NCBI GenBank assembly: GCA_964016885.1
Contig: OZ024741.1
Coordinates: forward strand, 348,006,001-348,070,000
Direction of reading: 5' to 3'
Source of the DNA: Eledone cirrhosa
Lineage: Eukaryota
DNA: 64,000 nt
In this document: positions 1 through 11,716 of the stretch, piece by piece
How positions within the stretch are numbered: the first letter of the stretch is position 1
Layout: each line of letters starts with the position of its first letter
Position numbers and translations under genes: made by a program
The notes under the pieces: model-generated
Database searches by the model: none
What the model was told of the DNA's origin: nothing
Seen by the model: the letters and a program-made list of their open reading frames with translations, nothing else

Positions 1-425
1 GCCAAAAGTAGAAACAATTATTATTATATATACAAGGGGCAGTGGATTGAGAGTATCGGTAGAGGGTCGGACGCCATGCTTTGACGCATAGAGTTACGGC
101 CCTTGCCAATCTCAGTTCAAATCCCGCTGAGGTTAACTTTGCCTTTCATCCTTACGGGATCGATAAAACAAAGTACCAGTAATGCACTGGTTAATTGCTG
201 GCCTTGTACCAAAAGTAGAAACAATTATTTTATTATAGGACGGTGGATTGGCAGTATCGGTAGAGGGTTGGAGGCAACGCTTTTCAGCATATAGTCACAG
301 CTCTTTATGATCTGAGTTCAAATCCTGCTTAGGATAAATTTTCCTTCATCCTTACAGGGTCGATAAAATGAAGCTCCATTAATGCACTGGGGTAATTGCT
401 GGCCTCGTGTCAAATGTAGAAACAA
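1..425 (+). mobile_element. Tandem tRNA-derived SINE copies (octopus-type), about 2.2 units
   Basis: Repeating ~195 bp unit with A-box-like TGGCAGTATCGG, B-box GAGTTCAAATC, central GCCTTTCATCCTTACGGGxTCGATAAAA..AAGTACCAGT and 3' GGCCTTGTRCCAAAAGTAGAAACAATTATT. The same unit recurs at 19540 and 52928-53640. Confidence 0.85.
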
Positions 426-2125
426 GTATATATATGTGGTGGTGAGGGATTATGTGTGTGTGCATGTCTGTGTGGGTGTGCATGTGTGTGTCTGTGTACA
501 TGTGTGTGGGGATGCGGGGGCTATATGTGAGTGTGTGCCTGTGTGTATCAGCTTCTGAAGAGAATGGTACGTTGTATAAAACTAGAAAATACGTAGCCGC
601 AACATATGCGAATTAAAACCTCAAATTTCTCTCGCCCTTTCCATCTTATTTAATGATTCTAGAGACCATGTTCCTTGTATCTTTATTCTTATCACTTAAT
701 TACCGTCACGTGTCTCACTTCGTTCTAGATTACACACTGAATGGAATGAGCTATCCTGTTCGGTGTAATCTCCCAAAGGATGATAGATTACTTGATGAAT
801 TATCACTTAAGCAACAGTCAACCTATTTAGTTGCCTACTTTTAACAATCAATTTTCTCTTTCGCTTGCTGAAAGTGATGCTGATTGATATATCGCAAATT
901 CAAAATCAACATGTTATATTGTGTGTGAAATAGTGTTACTTAAACATCATATATCGATATTTACTAAGCTAATTCGATAAGATGTATTCAATTTTACATT
1001 AGTGAACGTGTTGCATCGAGCTAACATATGTATAGTAAATTGTAAGCCTGGACTAACCAATCAGCATGTCTGTCCAACCTACCTATGAAAATCTTCATAT
1101 TGATTCACTAACTACGAAAAGCTACGCGTGTTTACTGAAACAAACAATAAAGTTTTTATAAGCCATTTTAACTTATTGCAATTAGGTGCCATGCGAATAA
1201 TATTCTCTTCACCAAATTAGTATATTACCACCCAATAATAGGCTCATCTCTTCTAGCAGTCGTGGAGAAAGCTTTGCTTCCGAAAAATAGGTTCGTGAGA
1301 GGATAGCAATGAAATTTATTACATATATATATGTATATGAAATATTTCACCTTTTTCTCCCTATTCCCATTAACACTCACTCACACACACACACACGCAC
1401 GCACACACAAACTATATAATCTTAGAGATATAAGAATTCCTGGTTCAATTTAAGATTACAACACTAAAAATCTTGTAAAATAATTACTAATGAATCAGTT
1501 GAATTAACTAGTATTGGAAACAATTTTAGTTTTGAAAATTAGCAAATTTACGGGATATATTATTTAGCAAATTTGGGGAATTAAATGAAAACAAACAATA
1601 TTTTATGAAAATAATCAAGAGCCTGGAAAAAGCGTATAGGAAACATTTTATTTATTAAAATATTATAAATAATATTATGAGGAAACAGATTTAGTGAGAG
1701 GGGGTATTCTTTAAATCACGGAATTTCCAAACATCAGAAAAGCTAATAACCAAAATGTTATCAAACACTCCCACACTATCTACAATTACTAGTAAATTTA
1801 GTCTCGAAGTACTTCAAATGAAAACGAATTAAGGATTTTCTGAATCATGCAAGACGATTATTGCTTATCTTTCTAAATTAAAAATAAGCTTCATTAATAT
1901 ATTCTACGCGCAATACTTAACAGCCGCTTTGATCATCATCCTCTGCATTAGAACAGTTGGCGGTTTTACTTTCACATTGCCGTATGTGATGTATTCCAGG
2001 TGCTTTACGTTCTGTTGATCCATAGACAAGAGATGGGACACGGTGGCATGCATGCATTTGCCACTCACTGTTGCCCTCCATGTACACCACCCCAGGAAAG
2101 CTTTTGTATAAATACACACACACAC

Positions 2126-2174
<49 letters not shown>

Positions 2175-2418
2175 GTTTTGCGAGGTTTTTTATATGAAAT
2201 CGTGTGTCGAAACTAATATTGTTATACTTGGGGAGGGTCATATTTGTGTAATAATATTGCCAAAATTAATAACAGAACACACTCACTGTTTGGTTGGTTT
2301 TCGCTTCTGTGTCTTTTATATCGGTTAATTTAATTTATTCGGTCCTTAATGTTGCCATTGACTGACCAATGGTCAAAAATACAGATACTATATAGACACA
2401 AACACATATATATAGTCT

Positions 2419-2460
2419 AACAAAGTTCTTTCGTTGCACATCTGCAACATCGTCAGTGAT
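2419..2460 (-). ncRNA. Type I hammerhead ribozyme motif (PLE 3' region)
   Basis: Minus strand: ATCA-CTGACGA-T-GTTGCA-gatg-TGCAAC-GAAA-GAAC-TT-TGTT. Core intact, 6 bp helix II, weak helix I. Confidence 0.75.
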
Positions 2461-2739
2461 GCTATTATGTTTCCTCCTGTTGTATTGTATGCCTACGCCA
2501 TCTTTATTTAGTATGTTTATTTATTTATTTTTTTGTCTTCTCGTCGCATGCGTTTGCGTGTGTGTATAGTGTTTGATGTGTGTTCGTGTTTGGGTGACTG
2601 TGTATTGGTTATTGTATTATATCTTAGTTTACTAGTTTGTGTTTATATGTGTTTGTTGTTATTGTGCTTGTGTATATATTTATTTATTTATTTATACTTC
2701 TCTTAGGTCAGTATTGTTTGTTTGGATGTTGTTGTTATT

Positions 2740-3603
2740 TCATTCATTTTTTCTGTTTAGGCTTGGCCTTCTAAGTTCTATCTCGCTGTCTTCTCTGATT
2801 TGTCCATCTGCTGGGTCATTTCTATGTTTAGATATTATTCTAATTTCTATATTGTCTATGTTACCGTTGTGTTGTTGTCTGGCATGCTCGTATAGTACTG
2901 AACCGTTTTTTCGTCCTTTTAGTTCCCCCCAGTGTTGGTCTATCCTTTCACCTATGCTACGAGCTGTCTCGCCTATGTATGTTGTTGTCATGTTTCTGCA
3001 AGTACCCTCTGTACATATTATGCTATAGACTACGTTTCTAGTTTCACAGTTTATCTGGGGGTTTACATTACATATAATACATTTCCTATTAGTACAGTCG
3101 GTTTTCTTAAAAGGGTATGTTTTGCTGACCAGGGATTTTATGGTGATTCCTGGCTTTTCTATCACCTTAATATTTAAGTGGGTCTTTCTCAGGGCCTTTC
3201 TACACTGGTTAGCTAATTTCCCTCCTGGGGTAGCGTCCACAAACATGACACTCTTGTATCTCTGGTTGTCGTACCATGAGGTGTCTTTCCCTATCTTATG
3301 TCTAGTCCTATCTAATCTATTCCATGATTTGCTCCTGTATAATGGGCAAATTCCTTTCATGTCCAGTTCTATGAGGGTCTTATACTTCTCCGTCGCTCCT
3401 TCGTATACTCTGATTCTGTCTCTTTGGTTGTAGCCAGAGAACTGCATGCGGTTGATGAAGTGTTGGATGCGTCTTTCCATTTCTGTTGGGTCGCACATGT
3501 GGGACACGTTCTTCATCACTTGTACCAAGTCTGCGATCAAAATATTAAACTTAGCACTACAGGACATTGCTGAGATTTTGAGTATCAGGTATTTGGAAGC
3601 CAT
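2740..3603 (-). pseudogene. PLE thumb/linker + GIY-YIG endonuclease fragment
   Basis: Motifs FVDATPGG, VIEKPG, VVY..YIGET.R, IRE..EI, PSLN in the ORF track. Confidence 0.85.
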
Positions 3604-5193
3604 GGAATTAGCGTAGTGTGAGTGGAAAATGTGTGCTCTCCCGTCTATAGTGTTAATCCAGAGTTCCGTGTCTAATACAAGTAGTCTATTGTTAGGATGT
3701 TTGGAAGGGTAGTCGATAGTTAGTTATACTCTGGTATATGGGATTAGCTATCTGCTGGATGCTTTTCATCGTGCTACGTTCTAAATCAAACTTGTTAGTA
3801 CTCTCTTGTGGGGATGTCCTTATTACTATATTGATGTCGTCTACGTAACGAGAGTACATTATGAAGTCTATGGAGCTCTCATCAAGGAGATCTCCTTTCC
3901 CACCATACCATAAAAAGGTTGGCAACGTCACCAGCTATGGTGTCGCCAATGGCTGCTCCCTCATTTTTGGGTGTAGATCTTTTGGTTGAATTTGAATATG
4001 TGGCCCTTTAGGATAGATTTGATACTAGCCACTATTGCATGTGCGATCATTTTTTTACCTGATCATTATTTTGGGGGTCCGTATAGCTTTGGTCCACACA
4101 ATCCACCTTCCCATGAGAGTCTTATTAACCATTGAGGTTATGGTGGGGGGTCTACATCTTATGGGTCTACTGGGGCAGAAACGTCTAAGGTCATGGCTGT
4201 CTAGGTAATCAGTGTCATAGGTAAGTCTAAGTAGGAGGCCCAGTTCTTCTGTTTCGACGTCGCAGAACTTCACCTCACTCTCAATGATCATCTCCACACA
4301 TTTTTCCACAGCAAAATCAATGTTAATGGATGGGTACAGTGACACCACATCCATACTGCATATTATGCAGTTGGATAGGTTCCTGTTTTTGTTGCACTCA
4401 CTGATTCTGCTGAGGAGGTCCTCTGTACTGTCACATACATCTGGGGACATCTTGATTATGGGGCGTATAACCATTGAGAGGAAGTAAGAGATCCTGTAGT
4501 TGCTAGCTATATTTGCTCTGAAAACAGGTCTTGTTGGTGGCCCTGTTGTCGGGTCGTCGACTGTCTTATGGTCTTAGCGGAGCCCATACAAGGGTGGTAT
4601 GCCGTTGTTAGACGCCTGGAAGTTGTTGGCAGTGCGTCTGCTTGGTTTTAGGATGTCGGTCCACATCATCATGTGAGCGTTGAGGATTTTCTCTCTCCCA
4701 TCATGTATTTGCTGTGCAATTTCGCTCGTGTTGGTGATGTGGGGTTGCATAGCCGTGATGTAGTTCGGCATGCTGTCTATTGACATCATACTAGACTTAT
4801 CCGTGGATAGACATACTACCTCACCATCACTTGTTTGCTGCTTGAGACTAACCAAGCCTTCAACAGGTTTCATCCCCGGTTGTTGGACCTCTGGTCTGCT
4901 TTGTCTATTAGTATACCGGTATACTATTTGTCTAATCTTATTTCTAGCTATGGTGAACTGTGCCTCTGTGTCGTCATCTATTTGTTGTCAAATAGATGAC
5001 GAGACAGAAGAACAGATCCTGCCTAGAGCTGATCGTCGGAGAAACATATGTAATATGTTAATAAATTGTGTTTTGATGCATTACTGATTGCTCGTTATAT
5101 ATGTATGTAAAATATAAACATAAATAACAACACAATCGATATAGTAAATGGAAGGGATATATTAGGTTAATGCTTGATATAACAAGAAGCGGG

Positions 5194-5229
5194 TATTAAC
5201 GTTTCGGACAGCAGTCCTTCATCAGAAGA
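5194..5229 (-). ncRNA. Minimal type I hammerhead motif
   Basis: Minus strand: TCTT-CTGATGA-A-GGAC-tgct-GTCC-GAAAC-GTT-AATA. The direct-repeat partner at ~6161-6282 reads TATT-CTGAGGA, which would restore helix I (TATT/AATA). Confidence 0.7.
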
Positions 5230-5335
5230 AAGAATGAGAAATAAGATAGATTGAGGGGCCGGGCGGGATGGAATTGGAAAAAAATGTCTTTAGCTAAAAA
5301 TATCAGGTCCATTCATGTTGACATCTCTTGCGTAT

Positions 5336-5446
<111 letters not shown>

Positions 5447-5616
5447 GAGAGAGAGAGATAAATATACACGGGTGTGTATGATTGTGTATAGAAGATTATA
5501 TTAATAAGAGGAATTCCAACTTTGTCTGATTTACTCATTTTATTTACAATCCTTTAAAATTTATAATGGTATTATAATGAACTAGTATGATAGAATATTA
5601 AATTCTAAGTGTTAAT

Positions 5617-5655
5617 TGAACAAGTTCTTTCATGCTTTCGCAATCTTCAGGTTCA
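5617..5655 (-). ncRNA. Mirror-copy hammerhead
   Basis: Reverse complement is identical to 5729-5767 except loop III GAAC. Confidence 0.8.
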
Positions 5656-5728
5656 TAATATATTGTGACTGTCAAGTTGGCAACTTTCAACTGTTGAAAA
5701 TTGCAAACTTGACTGTCACCACATATTA

Positions 5729-5767
5729 TGAACCTGAAGATTGCGAAAGCATGAAAGTACTTGTTCA
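5729..5767 (+). ncRNA. Minimal type I hammerhead ribozyme, full consensus
   Basis: TGAAC-CTGAAGA-T-TGC-gaaa-GCA-T-GAAA-GTAC-TT-GTTCA: 5 bp helix I, intact core, palindromic GTAC loop III. Confidence 0.85.
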
Positions 5768-6277
5768 ATTAACACTTAGAATGTAATATTCTATCATACT
5801 ATTTCATTATAATACCATTATAAATTTTAAAGGATTGTAAATAAAACGAGTAAATCAGACAACATTGGAATTCCTCCTATTAATATATATATATATATAT
5901 ATATAGAAGTGGTTACACAACAGTTAGTTCACCATACCGAGAACAATTGTTTCATCCTCAGCTCGTAATGGGCATGGTTATACGGAACAGGACGAACAAC
6001 CATAAGAACGCGCATGCGCAAAAATGATCACTTCACACAGGCAATACTAAATTGCTTGCGAGGGGTGTAAGGGAGATGACTGAGAAAGTTCGAAAGCTTC
6101 TAGTTAAGAAGAAAATGATGATGTTGTTGTAATTCAGTCCGAAGCTATGTAGTCATGTAACAGTCCTTCCTCAGAATAAAGAATGAGAAATAAGATAGAT
6201 TGAGGGGCCGGGCGGGATGGAATTGGAAGAAAATGTCTTTACATAAAAATATCAGGTCCATTCATGTTGACATCTCT

Positions 6278-6319
<42 letters not shown>

Positions 6320-6321
<2 letters not shown>

Positions 6322-8228
6322 GTAATTAGGAGTATTCCAAAGCTTGGTACAACAAGTTGTGAGGAAAGTTCTCAACATACGTTAAGGTGACTCAACAGGT
6401 TGGTAGGGATTCAGTAGTGGAAACACGAACAAACGAGGAGTGTAATCAAAGAAGAGAGAAATAGGACGAAGGTAAACAGTTACAAAAGAATTTAATCCAC
6501 GTATTAACAATTGTTTCATCAGAATTTCAGTCCATTATTGCTACACTATGTAATAATAGGCAATCAAGAAAGATACTGTAGCATCCGAATATTCAAAATA
6601 CAAAGTTGGAATGACCTTAGAAAATGAAATATGGGGTAGTAGTGTAAGATAGAGGAAGAGAGAGAGAGAGAGAGGGGCAAAGGAGATGGAGGGAGAGAGA
6701 GAAAAGGGATGCAGGTAGGGAGAGAAAGAGAAAGAGATAGGGTGGTGTGAGAGGATTTGTATAGAATATAGTTAAGTTACAAGAAGGGAGGGGGAGGAGG
6801 GTTGTGTGCTAAAAGTTGTGATGAGTAGAGGGAGAGAGAAGGAAGATATAATTTTAAGTGGCATTTGATAGTGGACAGGCGAAAGTCTTACCAGAGTATA
6901 GATGAAGGAAGAAAGTATTAAATTTCATATATAGTCTATTTTTAGGAGTGTGGAATTGTTATTTAGGGTAGAAAGAGAGGTAGTGTTAAGATTTGAAGTG
7001 TGAGAATTCGCTTTCAGTTTATGCTGGAAAAAAATTGACCTTTCAATTTTGTTGTTTAGTAGTTGGTGGCTTGAGCTTAGGATATGGAAGAGCTCATTAT
7101 TACACAACGGGCACGTTTTCATCCCACTCCGGTATGGAGGAGCATGCGAGAGTTTGGTCCATTTAAGGGTGTATTATCGGTTATCTCCTTTTAAGTGCCA
7201 AATTTTGTCGGCGAGAGTCGTTACGTAACGGTGTTGGTGATGCTTTATTGCGTAACGATGCGTGTACCAACGAGTTTTGAAGGTGTTTGCAGTGCTGCCT
7301 ACGTAGTGCCAGGTTTGGTTGCCCGACTCAACCGAGCACCTGTACATTAGGTTTGAATGCAAACATTCGTTAATCAATGGACAAGTCTCTGGAAGGTGGC
7401 AATTACAATTTCTGTTATGGGAAGTGGTGGAGTTATAGGTGGGCTGGGATGTGTGTGTGAGTGTGTTTTGTGCATACGGTTTGTTAGTGGGTGGTTGTGT
7501 ACTAGGTGTATTATTGTGTTGAGTTCTTGGGTGTTGTTGTTACCGTGTTTTTTGGCGTTGGGCATCTTAATGTGTGCGTCTAGGTTTGGTGCAGTGGAAT
7601 AAGATAGTCTAATTGTTTTGGTATGAAGTATACTACTATATTTATGTGAATTTGGAAAGTGGTTTTTTATAATTTTGTAGAATGTGGAAGGTAAGTTAGA
7701 GCTAATAGAAGAGTTAAAAATAGGATTATACCAAATGTAATATCTACTCCGTGTTCTGTTTTGCTTTGATGTTGCTGTTGTATTTGTGGTGTGGTTAGTA
7801 TTAGGGGGTCTAGGTGAGTGTGTGCGGGTGTTTGTGGGGCGTTTGGCGTGTCTATAGTTATGTGTTTTATGGTTGTGTCGGTCCATGTATTCTAGTTTGT
7901 CGGTGTGGCCAGCCCGTTCTAATGCAGTGTTGTAGTATTCAGCGTGTTGATCGAATATTTGTTGGTTAGATGAGAGGCGGGATATTCTAAGTGATATACT
8001 ATGTGGCACGGACCTTATAATAGATAGTGGGTGGTTAGAGCTAGTGTGGATGTAGGTGAGGTTCTCATTGTTTTTTATGAAGGGGTGTGATGATTTGGGT
8101 GTTGAGGTTGAAGGTGGCATCTAGGAAGTTAGCTACTTTGGTACTATATTCGTAGGTGATTTTAAGGCCAAGACTATCCAGGGTTCTTCTAATGCTCTTA
8201 CGGGTTAGCTCTATGTTTTGTTTATTCA
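6320..8228 (-). mobile_element. Inverted 3' arm of Naiad-like PLE
   Basis: 6451-8228 is the near-identical reverse complement of 9191-10962. ORFs 7374-8120, 7174-7377 and 6925-7122 mirror the plus-strand ORFs. The outer end abuts (TA)n. Confidence 0.92.
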
Positions 8229-10963
8229 ACAAAGGACGTAAGGATTATACCGCGAACTCTGGAAAGAATACATATGGGTTCAACTCCTGTAAAAACCCAC
8301 CCACTAACCCTCTACTAGACACCTTTGAACAGGACTTACTTAAGATGGTCATGAATACTAAATATAGGAAGTTCCAAACCAACAAGCTTAATAATGACAT
8401 GGATACCTTTCTAAACAAGCTGCGCACCACTAACGGGATTATTGTCAAAGCGGATAAAACATCTAACGTGTACACAATGGACATTAATACCTACCACGAC
8501 CTTATACGGAAGGAATTACATAAAAAATATAAGAAAACCAATAACAAAGCACTACTTAACATCAACAAACAAGCACACCATATTGTCAAAAGTCCAGAAC
8601 TTGAAGAGAGAACTGAGCCCATGACAACTTGCATCCCCACCTTTAATCTTAAGGACCACAAATTAGATTTCCTAGATAAACCCACAATTAGATTAATATG
8701 CCCTTCTAAGTCAGACATAGGTAAAATTAGCAAGCATATTTTAGATAGAATAATAATACAATTAAGGAATAATCTAGTTATTAAACTTTGGGACAATACT
8801 AGCGACACAATTAAATGGTTTAATAGTATAGATAACAAAAATACCTCTAACTTTATAAAATTCGACATTAATGACTATTACTCCTCCATATCACCCGATA
8901 CTCCAAACAAGGCACTAGCATTTGCGAAAGCCAACTCTGACTTAACCGACGACGAAATAAACATTATCCTAGCAGATAGAAAGACGATAATTAAATTTGA
9001 AAATAACTTTTGGGTACGATTAGATAACTTTGGGATAGATTAGATGACTTTGACATAACTATGTTTGCCAATGACTCAGCACAAGTTACGGATACTGTTG
9101 GCATATACATAGCCCACACTTTACATAATAAATTTAGTTGCCTTCAAGGCGGAATATATAGAGATGACGCTCTCCTATTAGTTAAAAACATGAATAAACA
9201 AAAAAAAAAGGGAACCCGTAAGAGCATTAGAAGAACCCTAGATAGCCTTGGCTTTAAAATCACCTACGAATATAGTACCAAAGTAGTTAACTTCCTAGAT
9301 GCCACCTTCAACCTCAACACCCAAATTATCACACACTTTCATAAAAAACAATGAGAACCTCACCTACATCCACACTAGCTCTAACCACCCACTATCTATT
9401 ATAAGGTCCGTGTCACATAGTATATCACTTAGAATATCCCGCCTCTCATCTAACCAACAAATATTCGATCAACACGCTGAATACTACAACACTGCATTAG
9501 AACGGGCTGGCCACACCGACAAACTAGAATACATGGACCGACACAACCATAAAACACATAACTATAGACACGCCAAACGCCACACAAACACCCGCACACA
9601 CGCACCTAGACCCCCTAATACTAACCACACCTCAAATACAACAGCAACATCAAAGCAAAACAGAACACGGAGTAGATATTACATTTGGTATAATCCTATT
9701 TTTAACTCTTTTATTAGCTCTAACTTACCTTCCACATTCTACAAAATTATAAAAAAACACTTTCCAAATTCACATAAATATAGTAGTATACTTCATACCA
9801 AAACAATTAGACTATCTTATTCCACTGCACCAAACCTAGACGCACACATTAAGATGCTCAACGCCAAAAAACTCGGTAACAACAACACCCAATCACTCAA
9901 CACAATAATACACCTAATACACAACCACGCACTAACAAACCGTATGCACAAAACACACTAACACACACATCCAAGCCCACCTATAACTCCACCACTTCCC
10001 ATAACAGAAATTGTAATTGCCACCTTCCAGAGACTTGTACATTGATTAACGAATGTTTGCATTCAAACCTAATGTACAGGTGCTCGGTTGAGTCGGGCAA
10101 CCAAACCTGGCACTACATAGGCAGCACTGCAAACACCTTCAAAACTCGTTGGTACACGCATCGTTACGCAATAAAGCATCACCAACACCGTTACGTAACG
10201 ACTCTCGCCGACAAAATTTGGCACTTAAAAGGAGATAACCGACAATACACCCTTAAATGGACCAAACTCTCACATGCTCCTCCATACCGGAGTGGGATGA
10301 AAACGTGCCCGTTGTGTAATAATGAGCTCTTCCATATCCTAAGCTCAAGCCACCAACTACTAAACAACAAAATTGAAAGGTCAATTTTTTGACAGCATAA
10401 ACTGAAAGCGAAATTCTCACACTTCAAATCTTAACACTACCTCTCTTTCTACCCTAAATAACAATTCCACACTCCTAAAAATAGACTATATATGAAATTT
10501 AATACTTTCTTCCTTCATCTATACTCTGGTAAGACTTTCGCCTGTCCACTATCAAATGCCACTTAAAATTATATCTTCCTTCTCTCTCCCTCTAATCATC
10601 ACAACATTTAGCACACAACCCTCCTCCCCCTCCCTTGTAACTTAACTATATTCTATACAAATCCTCTCACACCACAATATCTCTTTCTCTTTCTCTCCCT
10701 ACCTCCATCCCTTTTCTCTCTCTCCCTCCCTCTCCTTTGCCCCTCTCTCTCTCTGTTCCTCTATCTTACACTACTACCCCTTATTTCATTTCCTAAGGTC
10801 ATTCCAACTTTGTATTTTGAAAATTTGGATGCTACAGTATCTTTCTTGATTGCCTATTATTACATAGTGTAGCAATAATGGACTGAAATTCTGATGAAAC
10901 AATTGTTAATACGTGGATTAAATTCTTTTGTAACTGTTTACCTTCGTCCTATTTCTCTCTTCT
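8229..10963 (+). mobile_element. 5'-truncated Naiad-like Penelope-like element (RT + GIY-YIG), frameshifted
   Basis: Motifs TYGFNS..PP, KADKTSNVY, LKDHK..F..KP.IRLICPSKSDIGKISK, FDI.DYY.SI, IYRDD, IWYNP, KHFP, SYS, CNC..C.L..CL, YIGST..FK.R, CPLC, LLN. Naiad assignment is from remembered motif patterns. Confidence 0.85.
10812..10912 (+). ncRNA. Hammerhead-like motif in the Naiad 3' region (U3/A8 core variant); mirror copy at 6501-6601
   Basis: GTATT-TTGAAAA-TTTGGA...TCTGAT-GAAAC-AATT-GTT-AATAC: 5 bp helix I, palindromic loop III, long loop II. Confidence 0.55.
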
Positions 10964-10971
10964 TATATATA

Positions 10972-11617
10972 TAGGTATGATACATTTTATTACTAATTAT
11001 ATCTAAATGTTTCTTCTCTCTTCATAATGTATTTTTAACTCTGATACTGGTTCAGTCTGGTTCAAACTGAATTGGTCTGTCCCAGTCATTCATTGAGCAA
11101 CATCGGTGAAGTCGGCACCCTTAACTCACAGTTGGGTGCGGATGCATTCATGTATATATGTGTGTGTCCGCATGTATCTGTGTGTTTCTAAATATATTAA
11201 TAACTCCCTCTGGTCGAGCAATCTTTGAAGTGTGGGGACAACTGGAAAGCTTCCATTACTCATACTTCTCGCCTTCTTCACTACCTCTTCTACGGCCTCG
11301 ATATGAATACCCCCTCCGCCTCCGTGGTATTTTCATCGTGGTTATAAGAGGCTTAGCTCTGTTTCTCGACCGTTATATCGCGTGACTATCTCCCCCTCCG
11401 CCTTTTGGGATTCTTTCTCACGTCGTGTAGACGCGTTCTTGAGACTAGTAAAATGAGGTATCCTCTTGATAAGTTGGCAGACCTCGCAGGGACTCTATAT
11501 CTTTGATATATTGTTTTTGTTTATGCCACGAAACTACGTAGTCGAGGAATTTAGGAGCAGTTTAGGTATGATACATTTTATTACTAATTATATCTAAATG
11601 TTTCTTCTCTCTTCATA

Positions 11618-11623
<6 letters not shown>
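10972..11623 (+). mobile_element. Non-coding HHR-bearing element with 61 bp terminal direct repeat (pLTR/retrozyme-like)
   Basis: 10972-11032 is identical to 11563-11623 (period 591 bp). HHR at 11461-11548. Flanked by TA repeats. Confidence 0.75.
11461..11548 (+). ncRNA. Type I hammerhead, U3-A8 core variant
   Basis: TCCTC-TTGATAA-GT-TGGCA...TGCCA-C-GAAAC-TACGTA-GTC-GAGGA. Confidence 0.8.

Positions 11624-11712
<89 letters not shown>

Positions 11713-11716
<4 letters not shown>

Larger units (their letters stand above)
2419..4985 (-). mobile_element. Decayed Penelope-like retroelement (RT + GIY-YIG endonuclease)
   Basis: Broken minus-strand ORFs: 4574-4873 (STDKS, PPLYGL), 4055-4474 (SMDVVSLYPSI), 3692-3931 (RYVDD), 2740-3603 (C-x4-C-x2-C, NVVYSIIC..YIGETARS, LN). 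An HHR lies downstream. Confidence 0.9.
5497..5888. repeat. ~390 bp imperfect palindrome (fold-back non-autonomous PLE derivative) with one HHR per strand
   Basis: Arms of ~195 bp centred at 5692 (TTTCAAC-T-GTTGAAA); the right end abuts (TA)n. Confidence 0.92.

Noticed and set aside
550-600. Further HHR-like remnants (here, and ~2210, ~16450, ~25030-25110, ~27135-27190, ~47030-47070, ~48415-48470)
   Set aside because: Only part of the core is present or helix I/II does not pair; possibly decayed ribozymes but not supportable individually.
1904-2110. Two overlapping short minus-strand ORFs in moderately GC-rich sequence
   Set aside because: Starts come from a (TG)n repeat, with no recognisable domain or clear splice signals.
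6451-10962. A-to-I editing signature between the Naiad arms
   Set aside because: The differences I sampled are C/T, C/A and T/G, not A>G biased; this was not an exhaustive count.
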